Source: a virus. From it: a DNA stretch of 64,000 bases. A program made the position numbers and the translations under genes. This document shows, in pieces, positions 27,742 through 38,700 of the stretch. The notes under the pieces were generated by a model, which was not told the DNA's origin, did not search any database, and was given only the letters and a program-made list of their open reading frames with translations. Every line of letters begins with the position of its first letter. Within the stretch, counting starts at the first letter, position 1. The stretch lies in the IMG/VR virus record IMGVR_UViG_3300027754_003462. One strand, given 5' to 3'.

Positions 27742-28122
27742 TTAGTAACCGTTGAAGGGTTTTACTGGGCTGGTGTGATTGACCGAGGCTGGTTCTAAAC
27801 TGTTGGGGGTACTTATCTGTACCTTTTTAACAGGCAGGCCGGCCATTTTCAATGCTTGATCAATAACTGGCTCTACTGAGGCATTGAATCCAGCAATCAC
27901 AGCATCTTCGCCAAATGCGGCTTGTGCTGACCAAGCAGGCATGTTGGGTATGGGATCTTGTGTGCCGGCATCACTTCTGGCTCGAGCCATGGCCACACCC
28001 AGACGATATATTTGATAAGGGTCACTGGACTGCACCCCTGGTAACACAAACACATGATTCATGGGATCTGCCAGTTCAGGAGGCAATGTTGCTTCTTCAG
28101 TGATAAATTCTCGTGCTCTCAT
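27742..28122 (-). CDS. Putative head-internal protein
   Basis: N-terminus MRAREFITE; paralog of the neighbouring gene (shared R..MAxA and S.E...VN.TSP...F.GY). Confidence 0.65.
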   Translation of the reverse strand: MRAREFITEEATLPPELADPMNHVFVLPGVQSSDPYQIYRLGVAMARARSDAGTQDPIPNMPAWSAQAAFGEDAVIAGFNASVEPVIDQALKMAGLPVKKVQISTPNSLEPASVNHTSPVKPFNGY

Positions 28123-28490
28123 CAGTAGCCTTTAAATGCTTCAATGGGACTAGTGGTGTTTACCGCAGGATGTTCTTCACTGTCAAAATCGCCGTGATTT
28201 AGATCTTCATAATCTGCCCCAGCTGCCTTGTATGCTTGTATGAGCATTCGTTGCTCAACTTCAGTATAAGGGCTTGCTGTGCGTTTTTTTCCTACCCAAC
28301 TCTTGCCATCCATCTTGATTGGTTTATTAGATCCGTCGGCCATGGCCACGGCCATCATCACACGATTGAGAGTATAGTCACTGTTGGCTTTTTCACTGTC
28401 ACTAAACAAATTAAGGCCCACCGTGGCACTTTGATTACGGGTGCTTAATTTTCCCTGACGCATTTCAGTAACAAACTCTTGTGCTCGCAC
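28122..28490 (-). CDS. Putative head-internal protein
   Basis: GTG start, MRAQEFVTE; paralog of 27742-28122. Confidence 0.65.
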   Translation of the reverse strand: MRAQEFVTEMRQGKLSTRNQSATVGLNLFSDSEKANSDYTLNRVMMAVAMADGSNKPIKMDGKSWVGKKRTASPYTEVEQRMLIQAYKAAGADYEDLNHGDFDSEEHPAVNTTSPIEAFKGY

Positions 28491-28492
28491 GA

Positions 28493-28822
28493 TTAACTCG
28501 AAGTTGAGCCGTACACACCACTTGTGCCGGATGTGGCAGTACCTAGTGCTGTGGCTGTGAATGCATTGCCTGTAACAATGTTAAGGTAGTTGCCGGCTCC
28601 GATATAGTACTGTTGCACGGTATTACCTGGTACCACAATGGCATTGGCATACAAGTTGCCTGTGGGCATGGTGGTGTTCACCGGCACACCATTGGCCTGT
28701 ATGTATTGAGTTTGTGTCAAACTAACTTGGAATGTAACGTTGGCCAACGTGGTAGCAATTTCTACCTTGTCTGTAGTCCAAGCCACGTTGGATACAGCGT
28801 TGACAACTTGAACAGCAGGCAT
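28493..28822 (-). CDS. Small beta-rich putative structural protein
   Basis: 109 aa rich in T/N/V/G; coupled in a late operon. Confidence 0.65.
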   Translation of the reverse strand: MPAVQVVNAVSNVAWTTDKVEIATTLANVTFQVSLTQTQYIQANGVPVNTTMPTGNLYANAIVVPGNTVQQYYIGAGNYLNIVTGNAFTATALGTATSGTSGVYGSTSS

Positions 28823-28992
28823 TATTTTGTGTCCTTGGGTGGTTCACTCACAACTGGTTGAAACAAGTTGCGTGTTTGATCCAACACACCGGGAATGTAC
28901 ACTGGTTGTTGTTTGTAACCGCCAGTGGCAGGACTATGTGGATTGATAACAGGGGGTGTTGTCAATGCTGTGGTAAAAGGTTGTGTGGTCAT
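28822..28992 (-). CDS. 56-aa hypothetical protein
   Basis: MTTQPFTTALTTPPVINPHSP...; GGAG RBS, fills the gap; the longer ORF call overlaps the upstream gene. Confidence 0.6.
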   Translation of the reverse strand: MTTQPFTTALTTPPVINPHSPATGGYKQQPVYIPGVLDQTRNLFQPVVSEPPKDTK

Positions 28993-28993
28993 A

Positions 28994-31942
28994 TTATACT
29001 CCGTATTGTCCTTTGTATTGTTTCCAAAGATTAGCAGTGGAAGCAAGAATGCCTTCGTCAATATCTTTTTTCTTGACAGCATTTGTGCCTGGAATTTTTT
29101 CTCCAACTTTGACGTCATTATCTGCAAGGCCTTTTGTAAACAAGTTGCCTTCTTCAGTTTTTTCTTCGTCAACTTCTTTTTTCTTGACACCGGCCATTTC
29201 CATCATTCTATGAAGTTCTTGATCATCTTCGTATGTGTGTTGACGCTCGTCCTGGCTGGCAATCACAGGAATAGTTGTTTGTCCAGTTGATTTAGGACCG
29301 TTTAATCCACCCGAATATTCAAAACTATCTTGTGCAGTTTCAGTGTTGGTAGGATAATCAGGTGAATTTTGGCTTACAACGTCATCGCCATAGGCTTCGT
29401 CAACTGTTTCGCAGCCGCAGTCTTCTTGACCACATGCATCGCACACTTCGTCGTCGTGGCCATGATCATCATCAACTGCTTGACGTATTTGATCAGCAAT
29501 GCCTTCTGCACCGTGTACTTCTATTTCGGCGCCAGGTGCTTGGCCGCCCATGTCATGATCGCCGCCTAGGCCGGCATTTTTCAACAACTCGCCCAGTTTC
29601 ATGGCATCGTCATCAGTGGCAGTCACAGTCACGCTCCGACTTGGGCCGCCTGTGGCGTCAGTGTTCATGCTCATGCTGATATTCATGCTTTCAGAGATCA
29701 TGCTTTCTAGTTCACGATTCATGGAGTCATAAATGCCTTGTCCAAACCCGAAGCCACTTGATGCTGTGGGAGTGTCAGTTCCGCCTTGCTCTTTGACTTT
29801 CTTTTTCTTCTCGTCGTATTCAATGTCTTTGGTGACTTTCTTGCCGGCTTTTTCTGCTTTGGTATCTTCGGATCCACGCTTCTTGCCGTGAATGCCATCT
29901 TTCTTTTTCTCATCATACTCAATGTCTTTGGCAACCTTGCGGCCTGCACGTTCAGCACGGTTGTCACGGGTAGAAGTTTTTTCTTCGCCCATGGCCATTT
30001 CGTCGTCCTCTTGGTTCTGCATGTAGTCGTCCACAGCAGTCATCATGCTTTCGATCTTGGCCAACTTGGATTGTACCCATTCTGGCAGGTTGTCATTGTC
30101 GCCCAGGATCTTTTCCAGGGCTTGTGCATGACGCACCACAGTTTTAATACTGTCTTTGGCCATGTCGCCTTCTTGATCATACTCACCACGATCTATGATA
30201 TCAAGATCACCTTCCGCCATGTCTTGTTTTAAGGCTTGCACAACAGCAGTTAACAAATCATTGAATGTTAATTTGGGATTGACCAAGGCACCGGGAACAA
30301 TAGTTTTGTCGCCGTATACAAGGTCAACGTCGTCAAAATAAAGTGGAGAATTTCTTGGCAAACCGGCGTTTTTTTCTAACCAGTTTGTAAGTTTCTTTAC
30401 ATCCTGAGTTTCTTTGTAGTAACCAGCGACGTTTCCAAGATCGGCTTCGTTGGTTTTGCGACCGCCTTTGTGTTTGGTAGCCTTGCTGGTCACACGCTCA
30501 GGGCCTTTGTCAGCACCTTTTGGACGACCGCGTCCGCGCTTTTCACCTGCGGCTGGCTCATCACTATCAGCACCTACTGAATAACCTGTGTTGGGATCAA
30601 CTCTGCGTGTTACTCTGCGGCCGCCAGGAACTTCTTGTGTGTCATGCTTGTCACCGTGTGTGACATCGCCAACTTTGCGTTTGCGCATTTCATCACGGGC
30701 GCTGTCCACAGTCGGAAAGCCTTCGTCAGCCACTTGCTTGTTGCCGCCTTTGCGCAACATAGCAAAGTCGTTGGCATCTAGTTTGCCGTTCTTGTTCATG
30801 TCAATTTTCTTTTGCTTGGGACTAAGTGCGCTTTTGATGGCTTCAGCAGCCACGTCACCCAACATCTCATCAACTTCTTTCTTGGCGCCGGCAATCTTGT
30901 CGGCAAAAGTAATTTTGTCTTTGGGAGGTGCAAGTTTAGCAAATGACTTTTGTTTAGGTGTCATTGGCGCACCGTCTTCTTCAGCCATGGCAGCATTTCT
31001 CATTTTTGCTGGCATCTGTGATGCTAACTTTTGAGCATGCATTTTATCGTTCATATTGGCTTTATGGACACTGGTTTTATTGGATAAATCTGCATAGTGT
31101 TGGCTTGCTTTATTGTACCCAGGAATCAATGCCATTTCAGGATCATCACTTTGTTTAACCAATTTACTTTTTATACGGTCAACTTCATTATCAAATTTTA
31201 CACTACGTCGGTTTGCCGCATTTCTAGTTCTGTTTAGCAACTCAGAACTTAGTTCATCAAGTTCTTGTGGCTTCTTGCCAGTTTGTGGCATGCCCATCTT
31301 GCGTTGCAAGTCTTTGCGCATGGATTGATCGTCACCATGGCCCAGGCGGTTCATCACAGCGCCGCCAACTTTCTTGACTGCACTGCCAACTCGCTTGGCC
31401 ACATCACCCATGCCCTCGTCCATGTCTTTTTGTTTTTTACGCAAGGCACTATTGAACTTGTCATCTAGTCTATTGTATTTGTCAGATGCTTTTTGATCTC
31501 GGCGATCGTCAGCATCAGCATATTTCATACCTGCCTTGTCCCTTGCACGTTTTAATAGGTCAGTACTGAGTTCATTGACTTGGTCTTTATCATACTTGTC
31601 ATACTTGGCACGAACTGGATCCAGTGCCTTGCCTTCACGTCCAGCCTTGGCCAGGGCCTGCATGCCTTCTTTGCCATACTTCTCATAGCCTTTGGCCGCA
31701 CGGCTCATGCCTTCTTCTTCTAGTTTGCCAGATTTTTTCATCTTTTGGAACTGAGCACCCGCCACACGCTCACCAGCGGCCTTGCTACCGTATTCTTTGC
31801 CGGCTTTTTTTGCCAAGGCATCAAACCCAGTGGTCTTGTTGTTGTGCTTGCCCATGTCACGTTCATTTAACTGACCGTGTGTGGTTTCTGGCTTCTCGCG
31901 AATTGCGTTTAGTTTGTCGTTGAGATTGTAAAAAAATGTCAT
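28994..31942 (-). CDS. Large charged modular protein, putative prohead core/internal polyprotein
   Basis: 982 aa K/D/E-rich, modules delimited by LNE, LEE, VNELS, MDEG, LDELS, VDE, MAEG; GAGG RBS. Confidence 0.7.
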   Translation of the reverse strand: MTFFYNLNDKLNAIREKPETTHGQLNERDMGKHNNKTTGFDALAKKAGKEYGSKAAGERVAGAQFQKMKKSGKLEEEGMSRAAKGYEKYGKEGMQALAKAGREGKALDPVRAKYDKYDKDQVNELSTDLLKRARDKAGMKYADADDRRDQKASDKYNRLDDKFNSALRKKQKDMDEGMGDVAKRVGSAVKKVGGAVMNRLGHGDDQSMRKDLQRKMGMPQTGKKPQELDELSSELLNRTRNAANRRSVKFDNEVDRIKSKLVKQSDDPEMALIPGYNKASQHYADLSNKTSVHKANMNDKMHAQKLASQMPAKMRNAAMAEEDGAPMTPKQKSFAKLAPPKDKITFADKIAGAKKEVDEMLGDVAAEAIKSALSPKQKKIDMNKNGKLDANDFAMLRKGGNKQVADEGFPTVDSARDEMRKRKVGDVTHGDKHDTQEVPGGRRVTRRVDPNTGYSVGADSDEPAAGEKRGRGRPKGADKGPERVTSKATKHKGGRKTNEADLGNVAGYYKETQDVKKLTNWLEKNAGLPRNSPLYFDDVDLVYGDKTIVPGALVNPKLTFNDLLTAVVQALKQDMAEGDLDIIDRGEYDQEGDMAKDSIKTVVRHAQALEKILGDNDNLPEWVQSKLAKIESMMTAVDDYMQNQEDDEMAMGEEKTSTRDNRAERAGRKVAKDIEYDEKKKDGIHGKKRGSEDTKAEKAGKKVTKDIEYDEKKKKVKEQGGTDTPTASSGFGFGQGIYDSMNRELESMISESMNISMSMNTDATGGPSRSVTVTATDDDAMKLGELLKNAGLGGDHDMGGQAPGAEIEVHGAEGIADQIRQAVDDDHGHDDEVCDACGQEDCGCETVDEAYGDDVVSQNSPDYPTNTETAQDSFEYSGGLNGPKSTGQTTIPVIASQDERQHTYEDDQELHRMMEMAGVKKKEVDEEKTEEGNLFTKGLADNDVKVGEKIPGTNAVKKKDIDEGILASTANLWKQYKGQYGV

Positions 31943-31946
31943 TGTA

Positions 31947-32552
31947 TTATCCTCTTGGGTTTGCGCCAGTGGCTGGGCGGGGTTGACGCTTGATATTGGT
32001 CATGGGGCTCTTGTTACCCATTGGCAATTCATTTGTGGTTTTGGCAGGAGGTGTCTTGCCCCCGGCCACGGTAAAATTACTACGATATGCATTTTTCAAG
32101 ACTTCGTGATCGTACGGACCAGTTGCATAGTCTTTGCTCAAGGCTCGTTGTTCTGCATCAGGAGCAGGGTATGGTGAATCTAACAAATCTTTATTTTGAT
32201 CTGCAATCTTTTCACTTTCAATGTCGAGACTTTCTTCATATGGAGTGGACATCATCACAATGCGATTGGGATCCAGCCCAAGAATCTGTGCCAGTTGTTT
32301 GATTTGTGGCTCAATGGCTGGATACTTGAATTCCACATCCACAATCTTCATTGGCTGATTGGGAAACGCTGGAAAATCAGGGATCACTCGACGAACCGGT
32401 GTGCTCTTGGCATTTGACATATTGACAATGTCAAATTGAGCACATTTATCTCGGAGTTCTTTGAAAAAGCCATCGGGCACATCACCCACCACTTTGATGC
32501 GGTAGTTGTATGTACGTTCGCTTTCGGCTAGGTATTTGGCAAATGGTTTCAT
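31947..32552 (-). CDS. Putative head-associated protein
   Basis: N-terminus MKPFAKYLAE; TAAATA upstream at 32571-32576. Confidence 0.7.
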   Translation of the reverse strand: MKPFAKYLAESERTYNYRIKVVGDVPDGFFKELRDKCAQFDIVNMSNAKSTPVRRVIPDFPAFPNQPMKIVDVEFKYPAIEPQIKQLAQILGLDPNRIVMMSTPYEESLDIESEKIADQNKDLLDSPYPAPDAEQRALSKDYATGPYDHEVLKNAYRSNFTVAGGKTPPAKTTNELPMGNKSPMTNIKRQPRPATGANPRG

Positions 32553-32573
32553 ATTCAGTATCCTGTTGTATAT

Positions 32574-33080
32574 TTATTCTTTTTGCGTGTTTTGGCTTTT
32601 GCCAATAATACGTTCCAGCAGATCATTGCGGCTTAGAACCACGCCGTGTGCTGTTTGTGCGGCGGCCATGCCCTCAGGATCTTTGGCATCCAGGGCTTGT
32701 TGTTGTTGATCTAGACGCATTTTTTTCATCTGTAGATCAATCATTTTGAGTTTCTTGTCCAGTTTGGCAGTCTTGGCTGTGATAGCATGACCCAGCATGT
32801 TTGATGCTACTGAAAAGATTTCACTGGCAAAGCGTGAATCAACTTGAAAACCAAGATCCATGAGATCTTTGTAACTGCCTGTTGCCAGGCCGGCAAGTTC
32901 ATCCATTTCGGTATCTGTTGCTTCAAGCCCACGCACAGCAGGCAAAGCATTGTCTACTTTGTCAATGGCTTCGTCCAGGGCTAGTAGTGTTTCTCTATTG
33001 GTAGGAAGTGTGGGCAGAGCAAGGTCTACTTCTTCCTCGGTGTGTGGGAGATCAAAAAGGTCTTCAAGTTTACGAGTCAT
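32574..33080 (-). CDS. Putative terminase small subunit (gp16-like)
   Basis: MTRKLEDLFDL, helical and coiled-coil character, C-terminal SRNDLL; late motif upstream. Confidence 0.5.
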   Translation of the reverse strand: MTRKLEDLFDLPHTEEEVDLALPTLPTNRETLLALDEAIDKVDNALPAVRGLEATDTEMDELAGLATGSYKDLMDLGFQVDSRFASEIFSVASNMLGHAITAKTAKLDKKLKMIDLQMKKMRLDQQQQALDAKDPEGMAAAQTAHGVVLSRNDLLERIIGKSQNTQKE

Positions 33081-33096
33081 GCCAATATTTAGTGGC

Positions 33097-33528
33097 TCAC
33101 GCTCGACCGTTGTGAAACATGTCTTGTTCGGTTATGACTCTGAATGTGAGTCCGTTGCGTCGGGCCCATTTGGTCGCCGCGTCCCATTTGGCATAGTTGA
33201 TGGCAACTATAGCACGTTCTTTTGAACTCATTTTTGACTCAATTACGCTTTGTTTTTTGGGTTTGATTTCAATCAATTCGGCTCGCATTTGATTGCCTCT
33301 AGTGCGATATGTTATTAAAAAATCTGGGATATACTGTGTCATCTTGCCTGTCAAGGGATGACGATAAGGGATAGCAATTGATTCACTGGCCCACTGTAGT
33401 ACAGCATCATTTGAGTCGCAGAACTTCATGAAACTAAATTCCCAACCAGATCTGTAGCGGGGCTCGCCGTTGCCCACATACTTGGCACGGTTCACTACTG
33501 TATATGTGCCTTGTGCCCAGTGTGCCAT
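33097..33528 (-). CDS. Head completion nuclease (gp4-like, TnsA-type PD-(D/E)xK)
   Basis: YRSGWE..FMKFCD, WASE...IPY, YIPDF, IEIKP, NYAKW.AA. Confidence 0.92.
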   Translation of the reverse strand: MAHWAQGTYTVVNRAKYVGNGEPRYRSGWEFSFMKFCDSNDAVLQWASESIAIPYRHPLTGKMTQYIPDFLITYRTRGNQMRAELIEIKPKKQSVIESKMSSKERAIVAINYAKWDAATKWARRNGLTFRVITEQDMFHNGRA

Positions 33529-33890
33529 TATTGTCTGACGTTTCTAGCCGCGTAGTAGTTGGGTGCTACTGGTATGCCCACTCCCAACAAGGTAGCACGG
33601 CTTCTGATACTGTTGAGATAGTAGGCCATGTTGATGTTGAGATCCAATTGCTCACCGCTGGCCTGGAATGTTTGCAACAGGGTCAATGGAGGAATATTAG
33701 TGTCTTGTGCCACTCTAAATAAACTGGCAGTAAAGTTATCTGCGGCTTGTTTTGTGGTCATCACACTCTTGAAGTAACTGTTGACTATGTCATAGTCACC
33801 CACAGGAATGTTCACATCATAGTCATAGAATGCATCAAACACTCGTACTGTTTGATCAATGTTGTAGTTGGTGTAATTAATGCTGGCCAT
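33528..33890 (-). CDS. Hypothetical structural-region protein
   Basis: 120-aa ORF coupled to the gp4-like gene. Confidence 0.7.
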   Translation of the reverse strand: MASINYTNYNIDQTVRVFDAFYDYDVNIPVGDYDIVNSYFKSVMTTKQAADNFTASLFRVAQDTNIPPLTLLQTFQASGEQLDLNINMAYYLNSIRSRATLLGVGIPVAPNYYAARNVRQ

Positions 33891-33910
33891 AATTAGTAAT
33901 TACCTAAAAA

Positions 33911-35038
33911 TCACTTTGGAGTAGGATAATACATACCACTGGCTCGTCCAGGAATCTGTCGCATGGCAGCTGGTACTGCTCCTTTGACCACATTTGTTCC
34001 CAGAGCCACTGCTTCGTTGACAGCAATACTCTTGAGATTTTTACCTTTAAACGTATTGTAGGTTGTGCCGGCTTTTTGTATAGCACCAATGATGCCCAAT
34101 GGTCCACCACTTTGTAAGTCTTCTATGATACCTCCTGCGGCATCCAACAGGCCACCTTGTCCCATGAAGTTGGCACGACTGCCCGGACGACTGATTGGAC
34201 TCAGTGTTTGATCATAGTGAGAGGGATCAGCAAAGCCTTTGATATTCTGATCTGGCCTACCTTTGCCAATGGCCCCTGCATAGTATTTCACAGTTTCATA
34301 AGCAATGGTCATGCTGTTCTGCATGGTGCCAGCACCTTCTGCATAGGAGTACTGATCATGTGAGTAATTGGTGATTAGTGGATTGACCAACACATAAGTT
34401 GCTGTTTTGTGTTGATCCATGCCAGTGATCTGAATATCAAGAAAGAACGGAGCCTTGCCCGAAGGACCTGATGTACCATCATTGTAGGCTTCACCAATAT
34501 AGCCCCAGTCGTTGACATTGCCCACACGTTGGTTGGCATAGATGTCACGAATATTGTATCCAAATCCTGTGACTTTATTGGCGCTTTCACCAAGGCTGCC
34601 GTTGTTGCCATTTTCCAATACTTCATTGTAACTTTGGCTGGCATCTTTGTAGTAGTAGTTGTAGTAGGCGTACCACATCTTGCGCACATTGTCCCCAGCA
34701 TCATCGTGAAATACCACAGTGACAGGATCATAATTGATCTTGGTCTGTACCACACGCTTGCGATTGTATTGATTGAGAGTTTCGTTGGCAATTGTGAACT
34801 TGGGCAAGTCCACAGTCTTTACCACATAACTCAATGATGAATTGCCTTGCACTCCAAGATAGGCAGCCAGGCCAGGAACACCTGCAAAGTTAAGAGTAAA
34901 ACTAACGTGGAAAAGGAACTTGTACCGAGGTTTAAGTTCAAATGAGTTGGGAGTAAACACCTTGCTTGCGTGAGTGTAATCACGCAAGGCATTGACTTCA
35001 GTAAATCCTTGAAAGAATTGTTGACCAAATGTTGGCAT
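33911..35038 (-). CDS. Tail-tube-fold protein (gp19/gp54-like baseplate-tube junction)
   Basis: VKTVDLPKF...NQYNRKR...YDPVTVVFHDD...YY; adjacent to the tube gene. Confidence 0.75.
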   Translation of the reverse strand: MPTFGQQFFQGFTEVNALRDYTHASKVFTPNSFELKPRYKFLFHVSFTLNFAGVPGLAAYLGVQGNSSLSYVVKTVDLPKFTIANETLNQYNRKRVVQTKINYDPVTVVFHDDAGDNVRKMWYAYYNYYYKDASQSYNEVLENGNNGSLGESANKVTGFGYNIRDIYANQRVGNVNDWGYIGEAYNDGTSGPSGKAPFFLDIQITGMDQHKTATYVLVNPLITNYSHDQYSYAEGAGTMQNSMTIAYETVKYYAGAIGKGRPDQNIKGFADPSHYDQTLSPISRPGSRANFMGQGGLLDAAGGIIEDLQSGGPLGIIGAIQKAGTTYNTFKGKNLKSIAVNEAVALGTNVVKGAVPAAMRQIPGRASGMYYPTPK

Positions 35039-35048
35039 TGCCTAGCCC

Positions 35049-35699
35049 TTAGGCGCCTAGGCCAACACCTGTTACTGAACCACCGATGGTGCGTCCAAGT
35101 CCGGTGGCAATAGCACCAATACCACCATCGTTCACACTGGTCTTGGTCTGTGCGGCGTTGTCATAAGCAATGTTCAAATTGATTGTGACACCTTCGTTGG
35201 TACCATAGTTGAGTTCACCGTAGTCAGCACCCTTCAGGTAGCAACCATACAGTTCCCAGTTCTCAAGAACTGTAGGTGTGTCTGCACCATTGCCACCATC
35301 AAGAATTTGAATTGTGGTCATAAACTTGTAGTCAATACCAGCCGCGGCTGATGCTTGTTCCAAGAAGTCCAGTTGTTTCTGCATTTGTTCACCAACCAGT
35401 GTCATAACACTGCCTGATGCATCATCACGTACTGAACATGCGATATCAGCCCAGGTATGACGTCCGGCCAACTTCAGCGTTGAGTTGTAAATTGGTAATG
35501 CGATTTCTTCAAATGTTAGATTGGGTCTTGCCACGCTGACAACTTGTTTGGTCATTTCTGTTGTGCTATTAGTTACACCAAAATTTTGAAACAATACTCT
35601 AAATCTGTATTTGAGTTTGGGCATCAACAGGCCCTGGGCGCTCGCGGATTGATCGCTTGCTAACGGTACTGTCATTCTGTTTAGTGATGCGCTTGCCAT
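35049..35699 (-). CDS. Tail tube protein (gp19-like)
   Basis: PKLKYRFRV, ARPNLTF, AGRHTW, RDD, WELYGC, YDNA; downstream of the sheath gene; GGAG RBS. Confidence 0.88.
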   Translation of the reverse strand: MASASLNRMTVPLASDQSASAQGLLMPKLKYRFRVLFQNFGVTNSTTEMTKQVVSVARPNLTFEEIALPIYNSTLKLAGRHTWADIACSVRDDASGSVMTLVGEQMQKQLDFLEQASAAAGIDYKFMTTIQILDGGNGADTPTVLENWELYGCYLKGADYGELNYGTNEGVTINLNIAYDNAAQTKTSVNDGGIGAIATGLGRTIGGSVTGVGLGA

Positions 35700-35729
35700 T
35701 TGTTATCTCCTATATGTTTATTTACCTGA

Positions 35730-35754
35730 AACGAGGCCTGAAAAATCAGGCCCC
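35730..35754 (-). terminator. GC hairpin between sheath and tube genes (terminator or processing site)
   Basis: GGGGCCTGA-TTTT-TCAGGCCTC; a TAAATA motif follows at 35719-35724. Confidence 0.55.
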
Positions 35755-35761
35755 AGTTTCA

Positions 35762-38700
35762 TTATTGTCCGGCAGCAATTGCCCCAGTGTTCTTGATACG
35801 CAGGGGAATGTAGATGAATTCCACTGCTTTCACTGGCTCAATAGCAACGTCTACCCACAATTCATTGCGGTCAATACGTGCAGGAGTGTTATTGCTCAAG
35901 TCACAAACAACCAGGTAGTCATACAAGGCACGCTTGGCAACCAAGTCAATCATCAGGCTATTAACACTGTTGGTGATTTGATTGCGTGTGATTGTGTCAT
36001 TGGGTTCAAACAAGTACAGTTTACCAATCTCTTCCAGGCGTCCACGCAAGAAACACACCAGGCGTGCCACGTTGATACGATCCAGTGCTGTGGTTGTGGC
36101 AGTGGTGGTCTTGTTACCAAAGTTGGTGATACCAATTCCGGGAATGAACGTGATTGGGTTGATATTGCGCTCATACAGGATGTCACGTACTGATTGACTC
36201 ACGCCAATTTGTGTAAACTCACCTGTGGTGGCTTCAATATAACCAATTGCCAAGGCATTGTCCACAACACCACGACGTGTGCCTGCTGGCGCCAACCATG
36301 GATAACTTGCGGCATCACTGCGCAAGATTGTGCGTACCATCATGTGGCTTGGTGGTTGAACAACTGTGTTTCCGCCAAGATCTGTGGTCTGACAACTGGG
36401 GTAGAACACACCGCAATAGTTGCTGGTCAAGATGTTGCCATCGCCATTGGGTTGCCCCAGGCCATTGTTGTTGGTAGCAAACGCCACCAGGCTTGTGCCA
36501 TCTGGGCCCAGGCGCATGGGTGTGTCACCAACCACAAACAGAGTGTTGTTGCGTTCGTTGCTGAGTGCAATCATGTTTGGTGTCAACTCTGGATAAGCAG
36601 GTGTGGCAATGATATTGTATTGGTTCTGTTCTTCACGTGCTGCCACGCTGGTGTCAATACCTGACTTGAGTGCCTCCACAATAATTTGACGCTGTGCCAA
36701 GCGACCTGACCACATGCTGCCATTGGATTTGTTGCCACTTGCTGTGAGCCATGTGCTGAGATCTATCAGATTCCAGTATGCAGTATTGCTTGGTGCTGTG
36801 CCGGCTGAGGTGGCCACGGCACAAACGTAGATGCCATTGCTGTAACTCACAAAGTCATTCACAGCATAGGCTGTGGTTGCTGAATAAGCATCAATTGCAT
36901 AGTCAGTGGCTGTGGTTGTAAAGTAGTCTTGTTGCCAAGTCTTGACATTATAACCAGAACGACGTGTGTTAAACAACAAGGTACCTTGTGGATACAGTGC
37001 AGGGTTAGGTGCATCTGGATCTAGATAATCGCTGGTCAACAAACTCACGATGCTTGGCAATGCATCTGCTGAAGGGTCTGTGGTGCCGTTTGTGCTCCAA
37101 CGTGCATCTGCAAACAGGATACCATTTTGTGTGGTTTGATCTGTGGTGTCAATTTCTACCCACTGTTCAACACCGCTGACTGCTTGCCAACGATACAGTT
37201 TGGGATAGTTTTCCAGATCGGATGTGTCAATCCACAAGTCTCCGTATACCAACGGACTCAATGATGTGTCAGTTTGTGTGGTAGGTGCTGTGGCACTGAT
37301 GATGGGTCCGGTAGCATTACAATCAGTTAGATCGTAACCACGAACATCATTGGTAACGTTTTGGTAACCCTGCCAGGCGCCATCATCTTGAATCATGATA
37401 TCAGCTGCATCAACTGCACTGTAATACCACAAACGACCATCTGCTGGATATGAGTCTGGCGCAGTAGAACTGGCTGTGTATTCAAACAATGGTGTTGAAA
37501 CAAAGTTACTGAGTTTGAGTCCTGTGCCACTTACTGGGTTTTGTACTTGATCAGGAGCGCCTACTGCAAAACCAGCAATTGTAACTGGGGTACCGGATAC
37601 ATTTCTTAAAAATATTGTGCCGCCGGCTGAATGAGTAAACACAATGTTACCTGCTGAGTTAACACTGGCTGTAACATAAGGATTTGCAATAGCCGATACA
37701 GCAGTGATGAAATCACTTACTGTGCCGGTTCCGCCAATGGTAGCAGTAGCGGTAGATAGCGTGGTTGATCCAGGCACCGTGGCATTGACAGCAAAACTAT
37801 TACCTACAGTAAATGCCGCTCCTGTAGGTACGGTAGTGCCAGTTATTATTGTGGCGCCTGCCGCATAACGTTCTTCAATTGTGAATGCCGCGGTAGGAAT
37901 AATGGTACTCCAATCAAAAGTAGTCCAAGCCACATAAGTAGTGCCTGCTGGAATGTTCTTTCCGCCGCCTGTGGGATCAAGTGAATAAATTGCGGTGATA
38001 TCACCGGTATAGGCAGGGCAAGATTGTGTGATAAAAGTTCCAAGGGCGGCACTGTATTGCTTGACTATCAACTGCAATCCGTTGTTGGCACTACTCATGT
38101 TTTGCCACACAGAACCTGTGGGTCTTGCATTTAATGGATCAATAGTAGCACCTGAAATCCATTTGGGTTGTTCATAACTGTAACCTGGGAAGTATTCTGG
38201 AGCAGGATACTGGCTTGCAGTAATACCCAACTGAGTCAGCAACGCAGTTCCCAAGTTAGGGCCGGCCACAACTTCAATAAAGCCATCACTGTTCAATGTG
38301 GAACCGTCTGTACCTGCGGCACTGGTAGCATACAGATACAATTGATTGCTCACTGCCCGAGCAGTAACGCCAGTGATAGCGGCACTATTAATAACCGCAA
38401 CAAATCCTGCCACAGTGTTGGTTGCACCAACTGTGACTGTGGTGCCGTTGATGATCATGTTGGCACCCACAGTCAAGGTAGTGGTAACTGCATTGGTTCC
38501 TGCCACTGTGGGCCATGAAGTTTTCCAGGCATTGCTACCAACTTGATTCCAGGTGTTGTCGTATTTTTTGTAATAAACAAAAGCATATGCATCTACTGCC
38601 GACACAGCATAGTCACCAATACTGCCAATGGTTGCCAATGGTGTGGCATCAGCAATTGGGTCTGACCCGTCGCCTCCCACTGTGTCTGTTGTGTCTGTGA

